A stretch of 64,000 nucleotides of DNA. Origin: Candidatus Marinacidobacterium sp. GTDB lineage: Bacteria; Acidobacteriota; Vicinamibacteria; Marinacidobacterales; Marinacidobacteraceae. Both the position numbers and the translations under genes were made by a program. Positions within the stretch are counted from its first letter, which is position 1; every line of letters starts with the position of its first letter. Shown one piece after another: positions 19,175-28,807 of the stretch. Under the pieces are notes generated by a model. It did no database searches, had not been told where the DNA came from, and worked only from the letters and a program-made list of their open reading frames with translations. The stretch is taken from the NCBI GenBank assembly GCA_965204755.1, contig OZ242011.1:576001-640000 (forward strand), read 5' to 3'.

Positions 19175-20167
19175 TCAGAGCAGGCGGAACTCGACTTCGA
19201 TCTCGGCCAGCACATCCACCGGTTCGCCGCGGAACATGCCGGGGACGAAGGTCCACTGGCGCACCGCCGCGATCGCCTTGCCGTCGAGCCCGGCGTCCAG
19301 ACTGCGCACCACCCGCGCCGGGCCGACGCGGCCGTTCTTGAGGATGACCACTTCCAGGATGACCTTGCCCTCGATCTTCCGCGCCAGCGCGTCGTCGGTG
19401 TATTCGGGGGTGATCCGCCGCCGCAACTGCGGGGGGTCCACGCCGCTGCCGATCCGGTAGGCGCCGCCGCCGAAGCCGCCGCCGGTCCCTTCGCCGAGGC
19501 CGTCCCCGTCGCCCTCCCCCACGCCGCCGCCGGAACCGGTTCCGCCGCCGCCCCCGCTGCCGCTGCCGGCGGTGTCGAACAGCGCCGAGGCGTCGCGGAT
19601 CAGCCCGGCCAGCATCTCCGGGTCCGGGGCGGTGGTGTCGAACGGGGCGTCGAGCGCGTCTTCCGCCGTCTCCTCCTCTTCGAGGTTCGGTTCGTCCGGG
19701 TCGTCGAAGACCAGTTCCTCCGGGTCGGGGGCGGCTTGGACCGCCGCCAGCGCCGCGTCCTCGCCCTCGACCTGCAGCGGCGCGGCCTCTTCTTCCTCCG
19801 ACTCGTCGCCGCCTCCGCCGCCCCCGCCGCCGGGGCCGGCTTCGACCACGAAGACCAGGCCGGGGAGGTCGAAGGGGGAGTCTTCGGCGGCTTCCTCGAC
19901 CGCGAAGAAGCCGAAGACGATCAGGGCGAGGATCGCGCCGTGGAGCCCCATCGCCGAGGCGAACCCCTTGCGCCCGGAAGCGAGCCCGCCGTCGAGGTGG
20001 CCGAGCGGCAGCCCGGTGATCGGGCTGATCTCCGGCGCCGGCGGGCGGAGCCGGGCGCGGAGCGCGGCGAGGAGCGCGGTGGGGAGTCCGGTGGGGAGTC
20101 CGCGGAGACGCCGGTCGGACTGCGGCGGCCGGGCTCGCGCGGGGTCGTTCGCCGGTTCGTCGGACAA
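19175..20167 (-). CDS. tonB: Energy transducer TonB (start uncertain; alternative ATG 19951)
   Basis: Single TM, acidic/Gly-rich linker, C-terminal PEYTDDALARKIEGKVILEV..GLDGKAIAAVRQWTF. Confidence 0.85.
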   Translation of the reverse strand: MSDEPANDPARARPPQSDRRLRGLPTGLPTALLAALRARLRPPAPEISPITGLPLGHLDGGLASGRKGFASAMGLHGAILALIVFGFFAVEEAAEDSPFDLPGLVFVVEAGPGGGGGGGGDESEEEEAAPLQVEGEDAALAAVQAAPDPEELVFDDPDEPNLEEEETAEDALDAPFDTTAPDPEMLAGLIRDASALFDTAGSGSGGGGGTGSGGGVGEGDGDGLGEGTGGGFGGGAYRIGSGVDPPQLRRRITPEYTDDALARKIEGKVILEVVILKNGRVGPARVVRSLDAGLDGKAIAAVRQWTFVPGMFRGEPVDVLAEIEVEFRLL

Positions 20168-20584
20168 GGGTTTCGGGAGGGGGCGTCGGAGCGGGAATCC
20201 CGCGGCCGTTCTCGGATTGTAGCCACCGGTCGGGCGGCCTCCCGTGTTAGCCTCCCGCGCCTTCGAGGGCGCTTCCGCGGCGGTATTCCGCCGCGTCGGG
20301 AGCGCGGTCGGGGGGGGCGTTCGGGGTCGGTTTCGGCGTCGGTTTCGGCGTCGGTCCGGGAGGCTCTTCCGGGAGCGGCCGGGCCGGTCGGCCGGCGGCC
20401 TCCGTCCCCGGTGAGTGAGGCGCCCCCCGGCGCCGGTTCCTTCTTCGGCGCCGCCTTCCCCGGCGCCTTTCCGGTTGCCCCTCACCCGCCGCCCGCCGGC
20501 CCCCGCCGCGCCGGGCCGTTGCTCCCTCCCGGCGAGCGGCCCCCGCCTTCCCGCGTCCCCGACGCCCCGCCGTCCCCACCCTCC

Positions 20585-21127
20585 ATGCTCGTCCCCTTCG
20601 GCGCCAAGAAGCCCGTCGTCCCGCCCACCGCGTTCGTCGCGCCGAACGCGGCGCTGATCGGCGATGTGGAACTCGGCGAGGAGGCCTCGATCTGGTTCGG
20701 CGCGGTCCTCCGGGCCGACCTGAACTCGATCCGGGTCGGGCGGCGGTCCAACCTGCAGGACGGGGTCGTGGTGCATGTGAACGCCGGCGACGACCGGACG
20801 ACGGTGGGCGAGGAAGTGACCGTCGGTCACCGGGCGGTGCTCCACGGGTGCCGGCTGGAGCGCCGCTGCCTGGTGGGGATGGGCTCGGTGGTGCTCGACG
20901 GCGCCGTCGTCGGGGAAGAGGCGATGGTGGCGGCGGGCGCCTTGGTGCCGCCGGGCCTGGTCGTCCCGCCCCGGATGCTGGTGCGCGGCGTCCCCGGACG
21001 GGTCGCCCGCCCGCTGACCGGGTCGGAGGTCGCCCGCCTCGAGTGGTCGGCGGCGCACTATGTGGAGTTGCACCGGCGCTACCGGTCGGGGGAGGCGCCG
21101 GGGACGGCGGCGGGGGGCGGCGAATGA
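20585..21127 (+). CDS. Gamma carbonic anhydrase family protein
   Basis: Hexapeptide repeats, IWFGAVLRAD, NLQD..VVH, VGHRAVLHGC. Confidence 0.92.
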   Translation: MLVPFGAKKPVVPPTAFVAPNAALIGDVELGEEASIWFGAVLRADLNSIRVGRRSNLQDGVVVHVNAGDDRTTVGEEVTVGHRAVLHGCRLERRCLVGMGSVVLDGAVVGEEAMVAAGALVPPGLVVPPRMLVRGVPGRVARPLTGSEVARLEWSAAHYVELHRRYRSGEAPGTAAGGGE

Positions 21128-22926
21128 GCGCCGGGACGCCCCCCCCGGCGGGGGCGGCGCCGCCGACCCGCCGCACCCACTGCTGCGGCGACCTGCGGCG
21201 CGGGGACGCCGGGAAGCGGGTGGTGCTCATGGGCTGGGTCGAGCGCGTCCGCGACCTCGGCGGGCTTTTGTTCCTCGACCTCCGGGACTACCGGGGGGTA
21301 ACGCAGATCGTGGTGCGCCCGGAGTCGCCGGCCGCCGAAGCCGCCGGACGCGCCGGGCCCTGGTGGGTGATCGCGGTGGAAGGCCCGGTGCTCGAACGGA
21401 CGCCGGAGACCGTGAACCCGAAGGTCGCCACCGGCGAAGTCGAAGTCGAGGCGGAGGCGGTGCACCTGCTGAGCGAGTCGCGGACGCCGCCGTTCGCGCC
21501 GACGGACTCGGACGCGGTGGCGGAGGATCTGCGGCTCCGCTACCGCTACCTCGACCTCCGCCACCCGAACCGGCAGCGCAACCTGCGCGTCCGGGCGCGC
21601 CTCGCCGCCGAGATCCGCGCCCACCTCGACGGCAGCGGCTTCGTGGAGATCGAGACGCCGTTCCTGACCCGGTCCACGCCGGAAGGGGCGCGCGACTACC
21701 TCGTCCCGTCGCGCGTCCACCGGGGCCGGTTCTACGCCCTGCCCCAGTCGCCGCAACTGTTCAAGCAACTCCTGATGATCGGCGGCGCCGACCGCTACTA
21801 CCAGATCGTCCGCTGCTTCCGCGACGAGGACCTGCGCGCCGACCGCCAGCCGGAGTTCACGCAGGTGGACATCGAGATGTCCTTCGCCGACCCCGACCAG
21901 GTGATCGAAGTCACCGAGGGGCTGTTCGCGCGGGCGCTCGCCGCCGCGGAAGTCGCGGTCTCGCCGCCGTTCCCCCGGTTCACCTACGCGGAAGCGATGG
22001 CGCGGTTCGGGGTGGATCGCCCCGACCTGCGCTACGGCGCGGAGATCCGCGACCTCTCGGCGGAGGCCGCCGGGTCGGGGCATCCGCTGCTCGACCGGGC
22101 GCTCGGGGAGGGGGGGACGGTGCGCGGGCTCGCCGCGGCCGGGTGCGGGGGGTACTCGCGGAAACTCCTCGACGGCCTGGCGGGGACGGCGCGGGCGAAC
22201 GGCGCCGGGGGGCTGCTCTGGGCGGCGTTCCCGCCGGGCGGGTTGCGGTCGCCGTTGCTGAAGACGGTGGGGGAGGAGCGCCTGCGGCGTTGGCTGGAGG
22301 CCTGCGGCGGGGGGCCGGGGGACTTGCTGCTGCTCGCGGCGGGGGCGCCGGACGCGGTCCTCCCGGCGCTCGGCGCGGTGCGGCGGGAACTGGCGCGCAA
22401 CGAGGGGTGGGACCGGGGCGGGGAGTTCCGCATGTGCTGGGTCACCGACTTTCCGCTGTTCGCGTATTCCGAGCAGGAGGGGCGGCTGACCTCGGTGCAC
22501 CACCCGTTCACGCGGCCGCACCCCGACGATGCGGCGCTCCTGGAGAGCGACCCGGCTTCCGCGCGGTCGCTCGCCTACGACATCGTGGCGAACGGGCACG
22601 AACTCGGCGGCGGGAGCATCCGGATCCACGACGGCGCGATGCAGCGGCGCATCTTCGACGCGCTGGAGATCCCCCGCGAAGAGGCGGACGAGCGGTTCGG
22701 GTTCTTCCTCGAAGCGCTCGCCTACGGGACGCCGCCGCACGGGGGTATCGCGCTCGGGTTCGACCGCATCGCCATGCTGGCGTCCGGCGCGTCCAGCCTC
22801 CGCGAAGTCATCGCGTTCCCGAAAACCACTTCCGCGTCCGACCTGATGACCGGCTCCCCCGGCGGCGTCTCCGAAACCCAACTCACCGAAGTCGGCATCA
22901 CCCTCCGGGAGCGGGAGACCGAGTGA
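21124..22926 (+). CDS. aspS: Aspartate--tRNA ligase
   Basis: RTHCCG, LRLRYRYLDLR, STPEGARDY, LPQSPQLFKQ, FRDEDLRADRQPEFTQ, PPHGGIALGFDR. Confidence 0.97.
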   Translation: MSAGTPPPAGAAPPTRRTHCCGDLRRGDAGKRVVLMGWVERVRDLGGLLFLDLRDYRGVTQIVVRPESPAAEAAGRAGPWWVIAVEGPVLERTPETVNPKVATGEVEVEAEAVHLLSESRTPPFAPTDSDAVAEDLRLRYRYLDLRHPNRQRNLRVRARLAAEIRAHLDGSGFVEIETPFLTRSTPEGARDYLVPSRVHRGRFYALPQSPQLFKQLLMIGGADRYYQIVRCFRDEDLRADRQPEFTQVDIEMSFADPDQVIEVTEGLFARALAAAEVAVSPPFPRFTYAEAMARFGVDRPDLRYGAEIRDLSAEAAGSGHPLLDRALGEGGTVRGLAAAGCGGYSRKLLDGLAGTARANGAGGLLWAAFPPGGLRSPLLKTVGEERLRRWLEACGGGPGDLLLLAAGAPDAVLPALGAVRRELARNEGWDRGGEFRMCWVTDFPLFAYSEQEGRLTSVHHPFTRPHPDDAALLESDPASARSLAYDIVANGHELGGGSIRIHDGAMQRRIFDALEIPREEADERFGFFLEALAYGTPPHGGIALGFDRIAMLASGASSLREVIAFPKTTSASDLMTGSPGGVSETQLTEVGITLRERETE

Positions 22927-23186
22927 TGGCGTCCCTGCGCATCCGTCGATTGGACGACGAGGTCCTCCGCCGGCTGGAAGTCCGGGCGCGCGCGGAGTCC
23001 GTGTCCGTGGAGGAATTGGCTCGACGCATCCTGAGCAGAGCCTCCGTCACCAACTCCGGGAAGCCCGTGGGCGCCGCGATTCGAGAGATCTTCGGCGGAG
23101 AGGGCGTGGACCTCGAGATCCCGCCCCGGGAAATGGTTCCCGATCGCGTGGACTTCTCCACGCCGGAGTACGGCCCCGACGACTGA
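22926..23186 (+). CDS. FitA/StbC-like ribbon-helix-helix antitoxin (orphan)
   Basis: MASLRIRRLDDEVLRRLEVRA..SVEELARRIL..VDLEIPPR; TGATG overlap with aspS. Confidence 0.8.
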   Translation: MASLRIRRLDDEVLRRLEVRARAESVSVEELARRILSRASVTNSGKPVGAAIREIFGGEGVDLEIPPREMVPDRVDFSTPEYGPDD

Positions 23187-23365
23187 TTCGGGGAATGACC
23201 CGGGAATGATCCCGCCGGGCGCGAAGGTGGTTTCCCGGCCGGGCGAACCACCTTCGATGCGACGGAGGGCCGGGACGGCGGGATCGAATCGCGGCCGTCT
23301 CGCGCTGAACTCGGGATTCCGGCGGGCGGCCGCGGGCCCTTCATAACGATTCGTCCGATCTCCCG

Positions 23366-24865
23366 ATGAACCGCCTGCCCTTCCCGTCGCTCCCGCCGCC
23401 GCCATTGCGCGAAGTCGAGGTATCCGGGCTCCGGCGTATCGCGCTGCCGCCGGCGGGCGGCCCGTGGGAACGCCCGATCGAGGGACTCCTCGCGACGCCG
23501 CTGCCCGAGCCGAAAGACGCGTTCGAAGTTCGGGACGCGTCCTGGCGCATCCGGAGTATGGACCGGCTGGCCGCCGACGAGCGTCCCGACTCGGCGTTTC
23601 GCCGTTTCCATCCCTCGCGGTCGGGGCTCTTCCTGACCACCGACCGGCGGCGCGGACCCCACTACGGCGGGAACGAGACCGGCGTCATCCACTACGACCG
23701 CAGCGGCCGCGTCACGGCGCGGGCGACGCTGCCCCACGGCAGCCGCCGCTTCTACTGCCCTCCCTTCGGGCAGGCGCTGGTAACCGTCTCCCGGCGCGGG
23801 ATCGTCCGCGCCTACGACGAGAGCCTCGCAGTGATCCTGGAGACGCCGCTCGAAGAGGCGCCGGAAACGCGGGCGTGGGAGTCGGGACTGCCGGAAGGAC
23901 GAACCGAGCCGGAGGTCTTCGCCCCGGCGATCGCGATCGCTCCCGACGCCCGGCGCTGGCTGTTCGCCCTCGACGATCGGGTCTGGTGCATGGCCCGGGA
24001 CGGACGAGGACTCTGGGGTATGCGATTCCCGAAGGCCGGTTGGCTCCGGGCGGACGACTACTACCCGGAAGACGAAGAACCGCCGGACCTCGGCCCGCCG
24101 CCCCCGCCCGAAGAACGGCGCCGACCGCAGAAGCGGGAGATCCTGAGGTTTCCCGGCGGGATGGACCTGGAGGAATTCATCCGGGTGTTCGGAGGCGATG
24201 AGGCCGCCGAAGCCGGAGACGAACGACCCGACGCGCCGGCGCCCGAACGGCCCGATCCCTGGATGCCGGAGTTCATCCGCGAACGGTCCCGGCAGGAGGT
24301 GGAAACTCCCTTCGGCGCACTCTCGGTCCGGAAGATCGAGGCCTGCGACGCGAGACCCGCTCGCCCGATACTCGATGTGGCGTTCTCGTCGAGCGACGAC
24401 ACGGCGTTCCTCGCCACTCGGGACGACCTCATCGTCGCGGTGGACGGTGACGGGGAACCGCTTCGCGTGTATGAGGGACTCGCCGGCCAACGCCCGCCGA
24501 AACGCCGGGAGGCGCCGGGCTCGATACCGGGCCCGGCGGACCTGTCGGCGTCGCCGCGCGACCCGCGCCGAATCGTCCACCGCGACGACTACCTCTACCT
24601 GACGACGGCGGGCCAGGTGTATGTCCTGCGCGGGGACACGCTCCTCGTCGTCCTCGACCTGGGCAACGAGGAAGACTTCTACTGCGCCCGCAACGGTTTC
24701 TTCCTCCACGACCCGAAGCGCATCCGCGCCTTCCGCAAGGACGGCGGCCTCCTCGGCAGCGTCCTCTCGCAGGATCCGATCCGCCGCCTCTACCAGGCGG
24801 GAACGAACACGGTCATCGAAACCCGAACTCGCCGCGCCGTCATCACCGGAATCCCCGTCTGGTAG
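23366..24865 (+). CDS. Hypothetical protein, N-terminally shorter paralogue of 24866-26941 (possible beta-propeller)
   Basis: Long near-identical blocks shared with the next gene, same C-terminus IETRTRRAV(I/V)TGIPVW. Confidence 0.7.
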   Translation: MNRLPFPSLPPPPLREVEVSGLRRIALPPAGGPWERPIEGLLATPLPEPKDAFEVRDASWRIRSMDRLAADERPDSAFRRFHPSRSGLFLTTDRRRGPHYGGNETGVIHYDRSGRVTARATLPHGSRRFYCPPFGQALVTVSRRGIVRAYDESLAVILETPLEEAPETRAWESGLPEGRTEPEVFAPAIAIAPDARRWLFALDDRVWCMARDGRGLWGMRFPKAGWLRADDYYPEDEEPPDLGPPPPPEERRRPQKREILRFPGGMDLEEFIRVFGGDEAAEAGDERPDAPAPERPDPWMPEFIRERSRQEVETPFGALSVRKIEACDARPARPILDVAFSSSDDTAFLATRDDLIVAVDGDGEPLRVYEGLAGQRPPKRREAPGSIPGPADLSASPRDPRRIVHRDDYLYLTTAGQVYVLRGDTLLVVLDLGNEEDFYCARNGFFLHDPKRIRAFRKDGGLLGSVLSQDPIRRLYQAGTNTVIETRTRRAVITGIPVW

Positions 24866-26941
24866 GTGGTCTCGACGAGCGGGTCGGAACCGCACCTCCC
24901 AGGCGAGGAACCCCGCAAAGCCGGGGATGCCTACTTCGATGCGATGCATCACCTGGAGGCGGCGCTCGATCGGCGCGACTACGCCGGGGCGGCCCCGCAT
25001 GTCCACGAGAGCCTGCAGTGGCTCCCCGGGTGGGTGCGCGAGTTGCGCGCGGAACGGCGGCGCTTCGATGTCCAGGTGATTCACGCGCTGGAACGGGGAG
25101 GCACGGCCTTGGCCCTCATCGGCGACCGCGAGGGGCTCGCCGAAATGCGCCGCGTCGTCGAGTCGGAACCGGAACTCGAACCATGGCTGAAGCGCGTCCG
25201 CCAGCACGAGATCGCCGCGCGGATCGTTCCGCAGATCGAAGACTTGACCAAGACCCGGCCCGTGTGTCTGCAGAGCGAGATGAAGGGGCTGCTCGGGGTG
25301 GACGACGGCCCGCTCGTCGGGCGGCTGATCCAGTACCTGGAGAAGGCGGGGCGGATCGCGCGCGTCCGAACGGGCCGCACCTGGCGTCTCCTTCCTCCGG
25401 ACTCGCCGGAGATCCCGCCGCCGGAACCGCGCGAACCCGTACCGATTCGTCCGGTTCGGTCCCACCGCACGGACGACGAGCCTCCGCCGCTCCGCGAAAT
25501 CGAGGTGTCCGAACTTCCGCGTATCGATCTGCGGGAGGCGGCCGGCCATCGCGAACTCCCCGTCGGAGGAGACTCGGCGCCCATTCCCGCGCCCAGGGAC
25601 GCCTTCGAGGTTCGGGACGCCTCCTGGCGCATCGTCAGCATGGAGCGGCTGCCCCGCGCCGCGCGACCCGATCCCGCTCTACGCCGGTTCCATCCCTCGC
25701 GGTCGGGGCTTTTCATGACCACCGACCGGAGACATTTCCCGCACTACGGCGGGTACGAGACCGGCGCCATCCGCTACGACCGCAGCGGCCGAATCTCGGC
25801 GCGGGAGACACTGCCGCAAGGCAGTTACCGCTTCTACTGCCCTCCCTTCGGGCAGGCGCTGATCGCCGTCTCCCGGCACGGGGTCGCCCACGCCTACGAC
25901 GAGAGCCTCCGAATGATTCTCGAAACGCCGCTCGAGGAAGCGCCGGAGGTGCGGGCCTGGAAGTCGGGCCTTCCGGAAGAACGCACCGACCCGATGCCCT
26001 TCGCCCCGCCGATCGCCATCGCTCCCGACGCCGACCGCTATCTCTTCGGCCTCGACGACCGGGTGTGGTGCGTGAACCGGCGCGGGCGGGGGCTCTGGGG
26101 TCTGCGATTCCCGAAGGCCGGGTGGCTCTCCGCGGATAACTACTACGGGGAGGACGAAGAACACCTGGATCTCGGCCCTCCGCCCGCGCCCGACGAGCGA
26201 CACCGGACGCAGGGGCGGGAGGTCTGGAAGTACCCGGACGAGATGGATCTGGACGACTTCTTCGGAAGCCAGAAGGCGGTCGAGCCGGACGATGAACGGC
26301 CGGGCCTCCCGACGCCCGACGAGCCCGTCCCCTGGATGCCGCGTTTCATCCGGGAAGTGTCGCGACGGGAGGCCGTGACGCCACTCGGCGAAGTCTCCTT
26401 GCGAGAGATCGAAGTCAGCGACACCAAGCCCGCGCACTTCGTGCTCGATGTCGCGTTCTCGTCGAGTGACGACACGGCCTTCATCGCCACTCGGGACGGC
26501 CTCATCGTGGCCGTAGACGGTGACGGAGAAGCGCTTCGCGTATACGACGGACTCCGCGACCCATCGCTTTCGCAGTGGGACGAGGAAATCCCGGGCTGGA
26601 TACCGGCACCCGCCGACCTCTCGGTATCGTCACGGTTTCCGCATCGAATTGTCCACCACGACGACTACTTCTACCTGATGACAGCCACGCAGTTGAATGT
26701 GCTGCACCGCGATGCGCTCCTCGTCGTCCTCGACTCGACCCGTCACGAGGATCTCTATTGCACCCGTAACGGCTTCTTCCTCCACCAAACGAAACGAATC
26801 CGCGCATTCCGCAAGGACGGCGGTTTCCTCGGCAGCATCCTCTCGAAGAATCCGATCCGCCGTCTCTACCAGGCCGGAACGGACACGGTCATCGAGACCC
26901 GAACCCGCCGCGCCGTCGTCACCGGAATCCCGGTCTGGTAA
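24866..26941 (+). CDS. Hypothetical protein: helical + winged-helix-like N-terminus, beta-rich C-terminal domain
   Basis: 691 aa ORF; VGRLIQYLEKAGRIARVRTGRTWRL resembles a wHTH; paralogue of upstream gene. Confidence 0.7.
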   Translation: MVSTSGSEPHLPGEEPRKAGDAYFDAMHHLEAALDRRDYAGAAPHVHESLQWLPGWVRELRAERRRFDVQVIHALERGGTALALIGDREGLAEMRRVVESEPELEPWLKRVRQHEIAARIVPQIEDLTKTRPVCLQSEMKGLLGVDDGPLVGRLIQYLEKAGRIARVRTGRTWRLLPPDSPEIPPPEPREPVPIRPVRSHRTDDEPPPLREIEVSELPRIDLREAAGHRELPVGGDSAPIPAPRDAFEVRDASWRIVSMERLPRAARPDPALRRFHPSRSGLFMTTDRRHFPHYGGYETGAIRYDRSGRISARETLPQGSYRFYCPPFGQALIAVSRHGVAHAYDESLRMILETPLEEAPEVRAWKSGLPEERTDPMPFAPPIAIAPDADRYLFGLDDRVWCVNRRGRGLWGLRFPKAGWLSADNYYGEDEEHLDLGPPPAPDERHRTQGREVWKYPDEMDLDDFFGSQKAVEPDDERPGLPTPDEPVPWMPRFIREVSRREAVTPLGEVSLREIEVSDTKPAHFVLDVAFSSSDDTAFIATRDGLIVAVDGDGEALRVYDGLRDPSLSQWDEEIPGWIPAPADLSVSSRFPHRIVHHDDYFYLMTATQLNVLHRDALLVVLDSTRHEDLYCTRNGFFLHQTKRIRAFRKDGGFLGSILSKNPIRRLYQAGTDTVIETRTRRAVVTGIPVW

Positions 26942-26965
26942 GTGGTCCCGGCCGGGGGCGCCGGC

Positions 26966-27475
26966 TTACTCGTTCTGGAAGACGCCGGAGTAGGTGCGCT
27001 CCGCGGGCGCGGACAACCGGAAGAACACCAACTGGAGGATCCGGGCGCCCTCGGTCAACTCCAGACCGTCCGGGTGGCTGACGACGAGCAACGAACCGCT
27101 CCGTCCGGAGTAGCCGGAGTCCCAAAGCGCGGTGCCGATCTGCGCGCCGCAACGCAGGAGGGACGACCGGGTGCGCCCGATGGCGAAGACATCCGCCGGG
27201 ATGTTGACCGTCTCGCGGTAGCGCACCCAGTAACTGCCCGGCGCGAGCCGCCATACGCCGTCCGCTTCGGGCGCGATCGGGACGGTTCGGGGGATCCGCC
27301 GCGTCCGGTTGTCGAAATCCACCCTGCCCGGCCCGGCTCCCGGCGCGCCGACCTCCGCCAGCGTGAGGTCCACCCCGTTCATCTGGATTTGCGTCCGGGG
27401 GTCGGTGAGCCCGGACAGGAGCGGCGGCTCCCCCGCCAGCCGCCGCCGCAACTCCTCCCCGGCGATCAGTTCCAC
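26966..27475 (-). CDS. Trimeric dUTPase / dCTP deaminase family protein
   Basis: QIQMNGVDL, RSSLLRCG, WDSGYSG, GARILQLVF, YSGVFQ. Confidence 0.85.
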   Translation of the reverse strand: MELIAGEELRRRLAGEPPLLSGLTDPRTQIQMNGVDLTLAEVGAPGAGPGRVDFDNRTRRIPRTVPIAPEADGVWRLAPGSYWVRYRETVNIPADVFAIGRTRSSLLRCGAQIGTALWDSGYSGRSGSLLVVSHPDGLELTEGARILQLVFFRLSAPAERTYSGVFQNE

Positions 27476-27628
27476 CGGAGACTCCTCCCGCAGGGCGCGC
27501 CGGCCATGGGCCGCAATGGTAGGGGACGCCCGGGCCCCGGTGGTCGGCGGAGAGACTTCGTCTGAATACTGACGATATTTATATGATTTCGGCTAATATT
27601 CTGACTGAATCTCCGCAACATCGTCGTC

Positions 27629-28777
27629 ATGAAGACCGACCGGCATGTCCCCCGGGCACAACTGGACGGTCTCGTCCGCGCCGTCGCTCCGGGCAAGGTG
27701 GTCATCCTCTACGGCCCGAGGCGGGTCGGCAAGACGACCCTGCTCCGGCGCTATGTCGAAGAGCGCGCCCCGGAAGCGGTGGTCGCGTCCGGCGAGGACA
27801 TCACCGTCCGGGAGGTGCTGGAGAGCCAGTCCATCGACCGCCTGTCGAACTTCGTCGGCCGGAACCGCATTTTGGTCGTGGACGAGGCGCAGCAGGTTCG
27901 CGAAATCGGCCTGAACCTGAAACTGATGGTGGACCACATCGAGGGCCTGCGCATCATCGCCGCCGGTTCGTCGTCGTTCGATCTCTTTCAGACGAGGGGC
28001 GAACCCCTGACGGGAAGGAAGAAGACGCTCCACCTCCTGCCGCTCGCCCAACTCGAACTCCGAGAAGTCGAGGGGCCGCACGAAACGAGCGCGCGCCTGC
28101 CCACCCGACTCATCTACGGCTCGTACCCGGAGGTCACGCAACTGGACTCCGACCGGGAGCGCCAACTCCTCCTCCAGGAGATCGTCTCCTCCTGCCTCTT
28201 CCGCGATGCGCTGCAGTTCCAAGGGATCCGCCGCTCCGACCGCCTCCTGCGGCTCGCCCAACTCATCGCCCACCGAGTCGGCTCGGAGGTCTCGCTCAAC
28301 GAACTCGGAGCGCAACTGGAAATGAGCAAGAACACGGTCGGCCGCTACCTGGACATCCTGGAGATGACTTTCGTGCTCTACAGCCGGGGCGCCTACTGCC
28401 GGAACCCGCGGAAGGAAGTCCGCCGGAGCCGCCGCTACTACTTCCACGACAACGGCATCCGCAACGCCGTAGTCTCGGACTTTCGACCGCTGCCGCTCCG
28501 GAACGACATCGAGGCGCTCTGGGAGAACTACATCCTCGCCGAGAGGATGAAACAGAATCTCTACACCGGCACGCTCACCAACAGTTACTTCTGGCGCACC
28601 TACGACCGCCAGGAAGTGGACCTCGTAGAGGAGTGGAACGCGGCCCAGCACGCCGCCCAAATAAAGTGGGCCGCCCGGAAGACCATCCGCCCGCCCGCCG
28701 GCTTCCGCCGCGCCTACCCCGACGCTTCCTTCCGCGTCGTCCACCGCGAGGATTACCTGGACTTCATCACGGCGTAG
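27629..28777 (+). CDS. AAA_14 ATPase with DUF4143 domain
   Basis: GPRRVGKT, VVDEAQ, AGSSS, EPLTGR, YGSYP, YYFHDNG, WRTYDRQEVD. Confidence 0.88.
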   Translation: MKTDRHVPRAQLDGLVRAVAPGKVVILYGPRRVGKTTLLRRYVEERAPEAVVASGEDITVREVLESQSIDRLSNFVGRNRILVVDEAQQVREIGLNLKLMVDHIEGLRIIAAGSSSFDLFQTRGEPLTGRKKTLHLLPLAQLELREVEGPHETSARLPTRLIYGSYPEVTQLDSDRERQLLLQEIVSSCLFRDALQFQGIRRSDRLLRLAQLIAHRVGSEVSLNELGAQLEMSKNTVGRYLDILEMTFVLYSRGAYCRNPRKEVRRSRRYYFHDNGIRNAVVSDFRPLPLRNDIEALWENYILAERMKQNLYTGTLTNSYFWRTYDRQEVDLVEEWNAAQHAAQIKWAARKTIRPPAGFRRAYPDASFRVVHREDYLDFITA

Positions 28778-28807
28778 CCGGCGCGGCTGGGCCGAGCGAC
28801 CTTCGGT

